Virus record (IMG/VR): IMGVR_UViG_3300021400_000491
Location: 19,271-83,270 of that record
Direction: 5' to 3' (one strand)
DNA from: a virus
Taxonomy: Duplodnaviria; Caudoviricetes
Length of the DNA: 64,000 nt
A program made the translations under genes and the position numbers. This document shows, piece by piece, positions 56,941-64,000 of this stretch. The notes under the pieces were generated by a model. The model was given only the letters and a program-made list of their open reading frames with translations, did not search any database and had not been told where the DNA came from. How positions within the stretch are numbered: the first letter of the stretch is position 1; each line of letters opens with the position of its first letter.

Positions 56941-57120
56941 TTATTCTCCTTTTTTATACATCATAATCATTTTACCTTTGTAAAAGATTTTACACTCTGT
57001 ATGCTTATCCTCAAAACAGTCCAAAGCATAATGGAACACTTCTTTCTTTTTATTAAAACAAACTTCAAATATTTCTAATGCACCGCTTCTACATTTCAAT
57101 GTAATATCATAATGTCTCAT
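56941..57120 (-). CDS. Small hypothetical protein (59 aa)
   Basis: AAGGAG RBS; manual translation MRHYDITLKC... Confidence 0.65.
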   Translation of the reverse strand: MRHYDITLKCRSGALEIFEVCFNKKKEVFHYALDCFEDKHTECKIFYKGKMIMMYKKGE

Positions 57121-57122
57121 AG

Positions 57123-57296
57123 TTACTCCTTAATGATTTTATAGGATAAAACATTTTCTTTCCAAATCATCCTTCCATCAGAAGTCATAAAGCCAATTGC
57201 TGGGTCGTACTTACCTCTAAAAACTTGATTGTCTTTCAAAGTTATTACAACATCACAATTTTCAAGTGGATAACCGTATTTATCTTTCTCAAACAT
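57123..57296 (-). CDS. Small hypothetical protein
   Basis: AAGGAG RBS before MFEKDK. Confidence 0.65.
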   Translation of the reverse strand: MFEKDKYGYPLENCDVVITLKDNQVFRGKYDPAIGFMTSDGRMIWKENVLSYKIIKE

Positions 57297-57318
57297 AGTT
57301 ACTCCTTTGTTTTGTGAA

Positions 57319-57501
57319 TTACTTAAACTTCTTATCAAATTCTTCTTGCTCTCGACAAAAGAACTTTGCGTCTTTTATTCCCTTGCAATAAATCACATAC
57401 TTCTTATCTTCACGACCATTTGTACATTCAATTACATCACGCTTGATAACAAAATATGTATCACCTGTCTTAATGTGGGTAACCTTCTTAAAATCTGTCA
57501 T
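57319..57501 (-). CDS. Small hypothetical protein (DUF1653-like)
   Basis: THIKTGDTYFV...FFCREQEEFDKKF. Confidence 0.6.
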   Translation of the reverse strand: MTDFKKVTHIKTGDTYFVIKRDVIECTNGREDKKYVIYCKGIKDAKFFCREQEEFDKKFK

Positions 57502-57509
57502 TTCTCACC

Positions 57510-57806
57510 TTACTTAACCAGAATTTCCGAAATACTTAAAAATTCCTCTACTTCTGCTATTTCTTTCTGATAACCACCAGAATACATAGACAAATCATCT
57601 TTAAGTACATTTATTATTTTCCTTGCTTTAGAAAGTAGTTTTTTATATGCGTCTTTCTCTTTTTCAAGTTCTGCAATATGGCACTCTCTAGGCAATGCAG
57701 CGGCAAAAAAGAAGCCTGCCTTTTCGCCATATTTTGTTGTATATGCTGCAAAGTTTGTTTCTCGCAACTCTTTTAACAGTTTTAATCTGACTTCATTATC
57801 TACCAT
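57510..57806 (-). CDS. Hypothetical protein
   Basis: ORF track. Confidence 0.65.
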   Translation of the reverse strand: MVDNEVRLKLLKELRETNFAAYTTKYGEKAGFFFAAALPRECHIAELEKEKDAYKKLLSKARKIINVLKDDLSMYSGGYQKEIAEVEEFLSISEILVK

Positions 57807-57820
57807 TTATTTTACCACCT

Positions 57821-58003
57821 TTATCCTAAATAGGCATCTTCGCAATCTTCCATACAATCAACTAAGTCACTTAAAAACGGATATTCTTTTATCCTGTTTT
57901 CTTTTGCCATTTGTACGAAAGCCGGAAGCTCAATAAACAGGGCGTTTTTCAATCCGACACAGCGGATATAAAAGCGAAGTGATTTAAAAAAGCGTTTTAA
58001 CAT
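57821..58003 (-). CDS. Small hypothetical protein
   Basis: GGAG RBS. Confidence 0.6.
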   Translation of the reverse strand: MLKRFFKSLRFYIRCVGLKNALFIELPAFVQMAKENRIKEYPFLSDLVDCMEDCEDAYLG

Positions 58004-58015
58004 AGTTCAATCTCC

Positions 58016-58348
58016 TTACATACATTTTCTTATTGCCATTTCTTCAGAACTTGCTTCAACAAGTGTGTACTGATATTTACCCATACTATGAGAACGAACA
58101 ACATACAAACCTCTTTCAAGATAAAAAGCCTGTATTGCTTTATTGAATGTACTTCTAAACTCTAACTTTCCAAAAGCGGCAAACAGTTTATGCGAATATT
58201 TATGAATATCGCTAATTCCCAAGGTTTCGTCTGGATATGCTTTCATTTCTTTTTTAAATGCTCTATCAGCGTCAAGTGGACTGTTGCCTGCATTAGCATC
58301 TTCCTTAATTATATTTTCTTTTTCAAGCAAATCGTCAAATGTTCTCAT
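58016..58348 (-). CDS. Hypothetical protein
   Basis: GGAG RBS. Confidence 0.65.
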   Translation of the reverse strand: MRTFDDLLEKENIIKEDANAGNSPLDADRAFKKEMKAYPDETLGISDIHKYSHKLFAAFGKLEFRSTFNKAIQAFYLERGLYVVRSHSMGKYQYTLVEASSEEMAIRKCM

Positions 58349-58363
58349 TTTCTTTTATCTCCT

Positions 58364-58918
58364 TTAGAAAGCTCTTCTGAAAATGGAATCATCAGCGGGC
58401 TTCCATACTTTGTAATCTACCCATTTTCTTAGTATTATCGGGAATCTATCGGCTACTATAATTTCAACATCTATAAAACAATATAAACGATTATGAATAA
58501 GATTCTTGATTTTTCCGCTATGGTGCATAAAGTCATGAGCAAACCTGTTCCAAATATCCAAATCTTCTTTATCTTTGATTGATAATGAAACGCCATCGAC
58601 ATAATTCAGAGTTCCGTTTGCAAGAAAAAGATAACCTGCAAACTCTTTGACATTGCCATAAACTATTACATTCTCTATATTCGGATAATGTTCTTTGTAA
58701 TATTTTGCCAGAGCGTCCACATTACAGAATTCAAAAGGTTCTCCACCTGTAAGGAACAGTGTTTCACAGTTCTTTAATTCATCTTCCGTAACAAGCGGAA
58801 TATCATCTAAAGAATAACATTTATTGCAGCAATTAGGGCAATGTCTTGAACAGAGATTTGTTACCATAAGGTGTATTTTTTTTGATGTTTCTTCTGTTTT
58901 TTCGTTTAAGATACTCAT
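58364..58918 (-). CDS. Short radical SAM-like protein
   Basis: TNLCSRHCPNCC (CxxxCxxC), FLTGGEP. Confidence 0.8.
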   Translation of the reverse strand: MSILNEKTEETSKKIHLMVTNLCSRHCPNCCNKCYSLDDIPLVTEDELKNCETLFLTGGEPFEFCNVDALAKYYKEHYPNIENVIVYGNVKEFAGYLFLANGTLNYVDGVSLSIKDKEDLDIWNRFAHDFMHHSGKIKNLIHNRLYCFIDVEIIVADRFPIILRKWVDYKVWKPADDSIFRRAF

Positions 58919-59259
58919 TATTTTACCTCATTCAGAAAGGCTTGTGCTAAATCCATGCTGTCTTTAATTTGTATGTTATTTTCATAATCAACTCTGCCTT
59001 GTATTATGTAATACAAATCGCGAATAATATTTTCTGCTTTATTGAGTTTTTCCTTTACGAATGAATCAAGTTTTACAGGCTGTAGAAACTTTGTGTAAAA
59101 GAAGCCGGAAAAACCTTCAAGAAATACAACTTCTATACCAGCTTCGCATTTGAAACTGTCGGTACGGCAAGTCCAGACCTTACCTAAATTCTTTCCTTTT
59201 GATTCTAGGCAAGTGTGCATTACAACCTTGTCGCCTTTTTTCAGTTTTATTTCGCTCAT
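58918..59259 (-). CDS. Hypothetical protein
   Basis: GAGG RBS before MSEIKL. Confidence 0.65.
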   Translation of the reverse strand: MSEIKLKKGDKVVMHTCLESKGKNLGKVWTCRTDSFKCEAGIEVVFLEGFSGFFYTKFLQPVKLDSFVKEKLNKAENIIRDLYYIIQGRVDYENNIQIKDSMDLAQAFLNEVK

Positions 59260-59267
59260 ATTTCCTC

Positions 59268-59307
59268 GCTTTTTCAGTTGTAAAGGATTACTTAACAACT
59301 GACTTTT
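59268..59307. repeat. Intergenic hairpin repeat copy 1 (copy 2 at 59787-59826)
   Basis: TCAGTTGT-N13-ACAACTGA-CTTTT in both copies. Confidence 0.75.
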
Positions 59308-59770
59308 ACTTGATTGAATTAAGAAAATCCACGGTATTCTTTAGAATGTCTTTCACTTCATCTGAATAGCCGAATCTGCTTTGATTGATTTCGATTGACC
59401 TGTAGATATTGCCGTCTGCATGGCGTTCTGAACTTGCTTTCCAATCGCAGAGCATTTCCAAAAGGTCAAGCAATGTCATGTCTTTTATGCCGTTCGCGAA
59501 GTGTTCCGGGTGATGTCTGTTTTTCTTGTAGTGAATATCAAGAGCAGGTTTTAGCCCGGCAAGAAAACTTTTGTATTCCTCGCTTCCATAGGTACAATGC
59601 TTCAATTTTGGTGTGTATTCATCAAACATCGCTTTTTCGGTTTTGTCATGGATTTTGTCAAAATCATGCAGCTTTGCTTTTCTTGTAAGTTCTTTCTTGC
59701 AGATAGCAAGATAATGAGCAACGCGCTTAATATGTTTTCTTGTGTCCTTTTTACTGTCGTATTTTTTCAT
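59306..59770 (-). CDS. DUF5662-family HD-like protein
   Basis: KLHDFDKI...HYKKNRHHPEHF...EMLCDWKA. Confidence 0.8.
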   Translation of the reverse strand: MKKYDSKKDTRKHIKRVAHYLAICKKELTRKAKLHDFDKIHDKTEKAMFDEYTPKLKHCTYGSEEYKSFLAGLKPALDIHYKKNRHHPEHFANGIKDMTLLDLLEMLCDWKASSERHADGNIYRSIEINQSRFGYSDEVKDILKNTVDFLNSIK

Positions 59771-59822
59771 AATATAAAGCTCCTTTTTTTTCAGTTGTAA
59801 AGAAATGTTTGACAACTGACTT

Positions 59823-60725
59823 TTACAAAGTATCGAACAAGGTTCTTTGAAGTCGGTAATTGTTTTTCCTGTACTCTTCATAAACCTTGTGCCATATCAT
59901 TTCACATTGCTTCCTTTCTTCCGGGAAGTAAACATACATAACATCAAGCTGCACTTGCAAATCTACAGAATAGGGGCAGCCTTTACAGCCTGTACGCTTA
60001 AAGTTGTAGGGCGGATAATATAATTTGCAAAGCTCTATGTTAAAGTTCTTTACAAAGTCATTTATCCATTCATCAGATACAACTAAAAGCGGGTGAAATT
60101 TGTGTAAGTTCTTACAGTCGGCATCATAAAAAACGGTACACGATGTAAGGCTCTGTCTTAATCCACCTTCTTCTTGTCTTATGCCTGTTATTGTTATTGG
60201 TCTTTTGTTTTTCTCTGACCATAACGCCGCAGGCTCTTTCTTCAATTTGTAGCAGCACTTATCGGAAACTTTCAGTGTAAAGCATTGTGTAAAGTTGTAT
60301 TTCAGTTTATCCGGGCAAAGAAAACTTGTCTTTGTTCCATTGCCTAGATAATTGCTTACAGTCTTACACATTCCGCTATGCTGATACAAAGCCACCTTTT
60401 GACTATGCTCTTTTGATTTGAACGGATAACCGTTTTCATCAAGCATTTTCTTTATATTTTGAGAAGGTTTTATAATCTGCAAGCGTCCGTCACGCTTACC
60501 GTATTCCTTCACAAAATCCACTATTGCCCGATAATCAATCCCGGTGTTTATGTAAACTCTAGGAATCTGATTACCGGGAAGGGCTAAATCAAACAATGCA
60601 CTAAGCACCGTTGAATCTTTTCCACCGCTGAAAGAAATGTAGGCTTTATGTTCCAAGTCGTACAATTCATTCATTGATTTTATTTTCTGCAATCTGTCAG
60701 AAAGCAGAAATTCAAAGTCCGTCAC
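59823..60725 (-). CDS. PAPS reductase-family (PP-loop) protein
   Basis: ISFSGGKDSTVL, DKCCYKLKK, RTGCKGCP. Confidence 0.9.
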   Translation of the reverse strand: MTDFEFLLSDRLQKIKSMNELYDLEHKAYISFSGGKDSTVLSALFDLALPGNQIPRVYINTGIDYRAIVDFVKEYGKRDGRLQIIKPSQNIKKMLDENGYPFKSKEHSQKVALYQHSGMCKTVSNYLGNGTKTSFLCPDKLKYNFTQCFTLKVSDKCCYKLKKEPAALWSEKNKRPITITGIRQEEGGLRQSLTSCTVFYDADCKNLHKFHPLLVVSDEWINDFVKNFNIELCKLYYPPYNFKRTGCKGCPYSVDLQVQLDVMYVYFPEERKQCEMIWHKVYEEYRKNNYRLQRTLFDTL

Positions 60726-60840
60726 GCTTACCGTATACGCAGAAGTCTGTATATACGGATTTTCTACTTGCTAAAAAGCCACGGTTTACAAAATTACGCT
60801 TTTACCACAATTCGCAAAAGCAACCTTGTCTACAAGGATT

Positions 60841-61032
60841 CTAAGCGTTTTCCTCCTGTTTTGAAGTATTGTTATCAAAGAGTTTTACAAAACATTCCGT
60901 ACAGATATGTTTATGAATATGGCTACTGTTTCCTCTCAATCTGTCTGGAATGTTTTCGACAATGTGAGAAAGGTGTTTACTTGTGACGGTAAACTCGCTT
61001 TCTTCTTTTCCGCATAAATCACATGGTTTCAT
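60841..61032 (-). CDS. Small Zn-finger hypothetical protein
   Basis: CDLC...CTEC. Confidence 0.6.
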   Translation of the reverse strand: MKPCDLCGKEESEFTVTSKHLSHIVENIPDRLRGNSSHIHKHICTECFVKLFDNNTSKQEENA

Positions 61033-61379
61033 TTCTTGTCACCTCTCCCTTCGGCTCTCGCAAGATTCTTCTGAAAGCACTTTTGCAGGGCTTCTTCAAT
61101 GTCTATAGTTGGCTTGTTTGCGCAGATAATCAGAATACAGGCGATAACATCAGCAAGCTCTGATTCAAAGTGTTCCTGTAATTCGATTATGTTTCTTTCA
61201 TATTCGCAGTTATCATTGATTGCAGAATCAAGTGTATTGTAGGCTTCTGTTGCTTCTACAACTTCACTAGCACAATGTTTGAGCATTGCCATTGTATCAG
61301 TATCAACATTTGCACCATTCGTTTTCCGAACATAAGCGACATTCCGCATTTTGTAGGCTAAATCGTTCAAATCAATCAT
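61029..61379 (-). CDS. MazG-like nucleotide pyrophosphohydrolase
   Basis: HCASEVVEATEA...ESELADV. Confidence 0.75.
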   Translation of the reverse strand: MIDLNDLAYKMRNVAYVRKTNGANVDTDTMAMLKHCASEVVEATEAYNTLDSAINDNCEYERNIIELQEHFESELADVIACILIICANKPTIDIEEALQKCFQKNLARAEGRGDKK

Positions 61380-61575
61380 CTTCCATTTTCTCCCTTTTTA
61401 CATTCAGAATAAAAAGCACGACAAGCAGAATAATAACAATTCCCAAAGGAATTAAACTTGGCAAGAATACTACAAGCCAACTCCACTTTATGACCTTGCA
61501 AAGTTTCAGCACAATAAAAATAAGCTGCAATACTTCCAAAAAGGTTAGACCACCTTTTGCCTTATTATTTTCCAT
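61372..61575 (-). CDS. Small two-TM membrane protein
   Basis: GGLTFLEVLQLIFIVLKLCKVIKWSWLVVFLP. Confidence 0.75.
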   Translation of the reverse strand: MENNKAKGGLTFLEVLQLIFIVLKLCKVIKWSWLVVFLPSLIPLGIVIILLVVLFILNVKREKMEDD

Positions 61576-61577
61576 AC

Positions 61578-61982
61578 TTACAACACTCCTTGCTTTTCGC
61601 AAAATTCTGTTATCTGGTCACTTGTGCATTTTAGAAGCGGCTTCCATGCAATGACTTTCTTCTGTGTGTTTGAGTTTCTGAAATCTTCTTTTTGCAGATA
61701 CATTGAATGGTCAAAAAAGAAGAATCCGTTTTGATACTGTCCTCTGTGGTAGTTGTAGCCGCCGCATATATTGTCATTCCAGAGAATACCCATTACATCA
61801 TAGAAAAGACCGTCAGACGGCGGTAAAGCGTCTTTTACGCTTCTATAGCCTTGTTTGTTATCTTCAACAATTTGCTTTAGCTTTTTGTTTTCAAATTCAA
61901 GGTTATCAACATCGGTTGAGGTCATTTCCAATTTGAGGTATTTTCTGCCGATTTTGGCGTATAAATCACCTGTGTATTTCAT
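61578..61982 (-). CDS. Hypothetical protein (DUF551-like C-terminus)
   Basis: SVKDALPP...VIAWKPL. Confidence 0.6.
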   Translation of the reverse strand: MKYTGDLYAKIGRKYLKLEMTSTDVDNLEFENKKLKQIVEDNKQGYRSVKDALPPSDGLFYDVMGILWNDNICGGYNYHRGQYQNGFFFFDHSMYLQKEDFRNSNTQKKVIAWKPLLKCTSDQITEFCEKQGVL

Positions 61983-62320
61983 TGTATGTCCTCTCCAAAA
62001 TAGGTTTTCTGAATGTAATTGTATTCTGCCTTGCTTAACTGACGGTCTTTTACAATCGTCTTGCACTTGCAGAAAAACATATCCTGTGGGTCGTTTGCCC
62101 ATTCAATGCTCTTTACCCTTCCAAACCAATACCCGCCGTTTTTACAGCGTTTAACAACAATCGCCCCTTTTTCAAGCTGATATTTATTTATGCCCATAGC
62201 AATAGAAGAACTATACCAGCCATGAGCGGTAACTAACCTTTTCTTTTGTGAATCTACACAAAAGTCATGCCCCCAATACGGACATTGAAAGTCGATAACA
62301 TTTATTTCCTTTTCTTTCAT
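61979..62320 (-). CDS. Hypothetical protein
   Basis: GGAG RBS; overlap coupling. Confidence 0.65.
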   Translation of the reverse strand: MKEKEINVIDFQCPYWGHDFCVDSQKKRLVTAHGWYSSSIAMGINKYQLEKGAIVVKRCKNGGYWFGRVKSIEWANDPQDMFFCKCKTIVKDRQLSKAEYNYIQKTYFGEDIQ

Positions 62321-62652
62321 AAAGCAAACTCCTTTTCAAGCTCACTCTGCATTTCTTCAATCTCTTTATCTGTCTTTTCAGTTACATCATTTTGTAAATG
62401 TGGAGAATTGCGTAGCGCATTACAGAAAAGACAAGTGTTGTGAGTTACAAGTTTATGAACAATGCAATTTTCATCACATTCTTCGTTAAACTTATTTCTT
62501 GCGTCTTTGTGCATATATTCCTCACAGCAATAGTTTTCAGCTTCTTTGATAGAAATTACAAAAGCATGGTCGCAAGCTCCCGGCTCTGCTCGGCATGAAA
62601 TACGGTCGCCTAGATTTCTTGGGTGAATACAATTCAAACAGTTTTTCTTCAT
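62317..62652 (-). CDS. Cys-rich hypothetical protein
   Basis: CLNC, CLFC. Confidence 0.65.
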   Translation of the reverse strand: MKKNCLNCIHPRNLGDRISCRAEPGACDHAFVISIKEAENYCCEEYMHKDARNKFNEECDENCIVHKLVTHNTCLFCNALRNSPHLQNDVTEKTDKEIEEMQSELEKEFAL

Positions 62653-63005
62653 TTCTTAATCCTCTCAAAGTAAAATTTCTTATCCCACTTGTTTACAGTT
62701 ATCATTCCGTACCGCTCTGCAATACGAAAAATAAACAGTTTCTGCAGGCGGCTTATAACACCTGCAAGAAGCCAATTCTTGAAGTCGTACAATGTCAGCG
62801 TGTCTTTATACTTGTTGCACATTCTGCAGGCAGGGTTTGCGTTTTTGATTGAATCAGCTCCGCCTCGCTTTAATGCTACAATGTGGTCAATCTGCATTTC
62901 TTCGATTCTGATTTTGCAGCCACAATAGGCACAATGTCCTTTGTACTTCTGGTATATCCGTTTACGCTCTTCTTTAGTCCACTTTCTACGCTTCAACTTT
63001 GCCAC
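62649..63005 (-). CDS. HNH endonuclease
   Basis: CAYCG...IDHIVALKRGG...NPACRMCNKYK. Confidence 0.92.
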   Translation of the reverse strand: MAKLKRRKWTKEERKRIYQKYKGHCAYCGCKIRIEEMQIDHIVALKRGGADSIKNANPACRMCNKYKDTLTLYDFKNWLLAGVISRLQKLFIFRIAERYGMITVNKWDKKFYFERIKK

Positions 63006-63447
63006 CTTCCTTTACTTCCATTGCTATAATTTTCTTCCAATGATTTACAACAGCAGTTGCAGCGTGTTTTTCGTTCTCTGCTAATAATTTCTTTGCTTTT
63101 TCCTGTAAATGTGGAAGATTATCTTTTATCAACTTGTCAAAAGAAATTTCATCAAACCTGTATTTAAATTGCGGATAAAGCAGCAATGAATAGTTCAAAA
63201 TCTGAAAGCCATCTTCCATTTTTCTTGTCAGTTTTAGGAAGTGCAAATCAGCATAACTAGCTTGAAAACCTGTTACACCTAATTTTCTTGCCACATAGTC
63301 AAAGGCAGCGTATGCCGATAATGCCATTGCGTAAGGTGCATTATTATAAGAGTTTCCGTTTTTAATCATTTCCTGTATAAAATCTGCAAGTTCCTTTTCA
63401 TTGTCAAAAGCTGGAACTTTGTAGTTCTCAAAATCTTCTACCGTCAT
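62986..63447 (-). CDS. Hypothetical protein
   Basis: GGAG RBS, 153 aa. Confidence 0.7.
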   Translation of the reverse strand: MTVEDFENYKVPAFDNEKELADFIQEMIKNGNSYNNAPYAMALSAYAAFDYVARKLGVTGFQASYADLHFLKLTRKMEDGFQILNYSLLLYPQFKYRFDEISFDKLIKDNLPHLQEKAKKLLAENEKHAATAVVNHWKKIIAMEVKEGGKVEA

Positions 63448-63451
63448 ACTT

Positions 63452-64000
63452 TTAATTCTCCTTTTCGTTCAAACAGTCGCCACGAGTACGCCATGCAATG
63501 TGCATAGGCTGGCTGCTGCTGAAAGATTCTCTAAATACCTTATCAAAGCTATGGATTGTGAAAATCTCTACCGCTTTGAAGCCGTCTTTATATTCTCTAA
63601 CCTCGTAGATTTCTACCCATTCTTTTGTTAAAGGCAGTAATTCCAATGCTTTTTCTTTTGCTTTATCCAGATGATTGCACACATAAAAATCATCGCCATG
63701 CTGTCCGAAGGTCTGGTCAATAACAACGATGTATTTGAGACTCGGCTTTATAAACTTTCCGCCGTTGTAGTATTCATCATGTATGCGTTTAATTTCTTCC
63801 TGCAAAGACATCTTCTGTTTTACATCTGCAAGGTGGAGCGCATAGACACATTTATCTGTATGCAGGTCGGTGTTTATTCCGTCCATGTATTCAATCTTTG
63901 TAATCGTTGCAGTCAATGCGCGATTGGAATAACCGTCTTTCAGTAGACACGGTATATTGCACTTTATGCCCACTTCTAAGGCTTCTGCATTGAAAATCTC
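63452..64000 (-). CDS. Hypothetical protein (frame open to window edge, 5' end missing)
   Basis: EIFNAEALEVGIKC... in frame with ORF-track GTG at 63973. Confidence 0.65.
   Translation of the reverse strand, partial: EIFNAEALEVGIKCNIPCLLKDGYSNRALTATITKIEYMDGINTDLHTDKCVYALHLADVKQKMSLQEEIKRIHDEYYNGGKFIKPSLKYIVVIDQTFGQHGDDFYVCNHLDKAKEKALELLPLTKEWVEIYEVREYKDGFKAVEIFTIHSFDKVFRESFSSSQPMHIAWRTRGDCLNEKEN

Larger units (their letters stand above)
1..64000. mobile_element. Temperate myovirus genome segment (integrase/attP, replication, head, sheath/tube)
   Basis: Integrase, CI, RecT/YqaJ, terminase, portal, MCP and tail sheath recognised by motifs; no host housekeeping genes seen. Confidence 0.95.

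Noticed and set aside
57118-57307. Repeated CATAGTTACTCCTT (57118 and 57294)
   Set aside because: Explained as a reused RBS/start context (AAGGAGTAACTATG)
59268-59826. Integron attC sites
   Set aside because: Palindrome reads GTT...AAC rather than RYYYAAC...GTTRRRY, and there is no integron integrase
1193-63946. Many antisense or alternative-frame ORFs in the track (e.g. 1193-1717, 22315-22782, 37171-37887, 44723-45382)
   Set aside because: Shadows of well-supported genes, with no RBS or recognisable motifs
1-64000. CRISPR array or mini-array
   Set aside because: No run of three or more equal repeats with unique spacers seen; repeats found are operators, hairpins or coding duplications
1-64000. 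Stop-codon reassignment
   Set aside because: Long ORFs (up to 2296 aa) are intact in the standard code, and TAG, TGA and TAA all end genes
1-64000. IS element or transposase
   Set aside because: No DDE/HUH transposase motifs or terminal inverted repeats with target duplications seen

Overview
The whole 64 kb window is temperate phage DNA with a contractile tail (myovirus); I found no host housekeeping genes. Left to right: (i) an accessory/regulatory arm (1-9.2 kb) with XRE repressors, a BRO antirepressor, two DNA methyltransferases, a DUF1351 protein, a GIY-YIG-HTH gene and a DUF6273 CLec-type protein; (ii) a tyrosine integrase preceded by a symmetric, apparently intact attP (9.2-9.44 kb) with phage genes on both sides, suggesting the excised/free form; (iii) a CI-like repressor and early operons (YqaJ/RecT, DEDDh exonuclease, ParB, adenine MTase, replisome organizer, DnaC-like loader, SSB); (iv) a late operon: terminase, portal, gpF fused to a pyrophosphatase-like domain, then about 11 kb of P1 Dar-like/polyvalent 'cargo' genes (2.3 kaa MTase-SNF2 helicase, DdrB-like ParB protein, zeta-family kinase, small moron ORF, MESH1-like HD hydrolase), prohead protease, Twort/A511-type capsid, neck, class-3 lipase, HNH, sheath, tube and chaperone; (v) a convergent arm of small genes (radical SAM-like, DUF5662, PAPS-reductase-like, MazG-like, HNH). 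Best candidates for a new system are the head-operon cargo cluster sharing a hydrophobic-x-K-[S/A] processing motif with the capsid protein, the zeta kinase/moron/HD trio, and several promoter-short leader-terminator units with shared hairpin motifs plus several dispersed operator families. The host may be a Treponema-like spirochaete (from recollection of similar proteins; unverified). All family assignments are by eye from motifs, with no database search.
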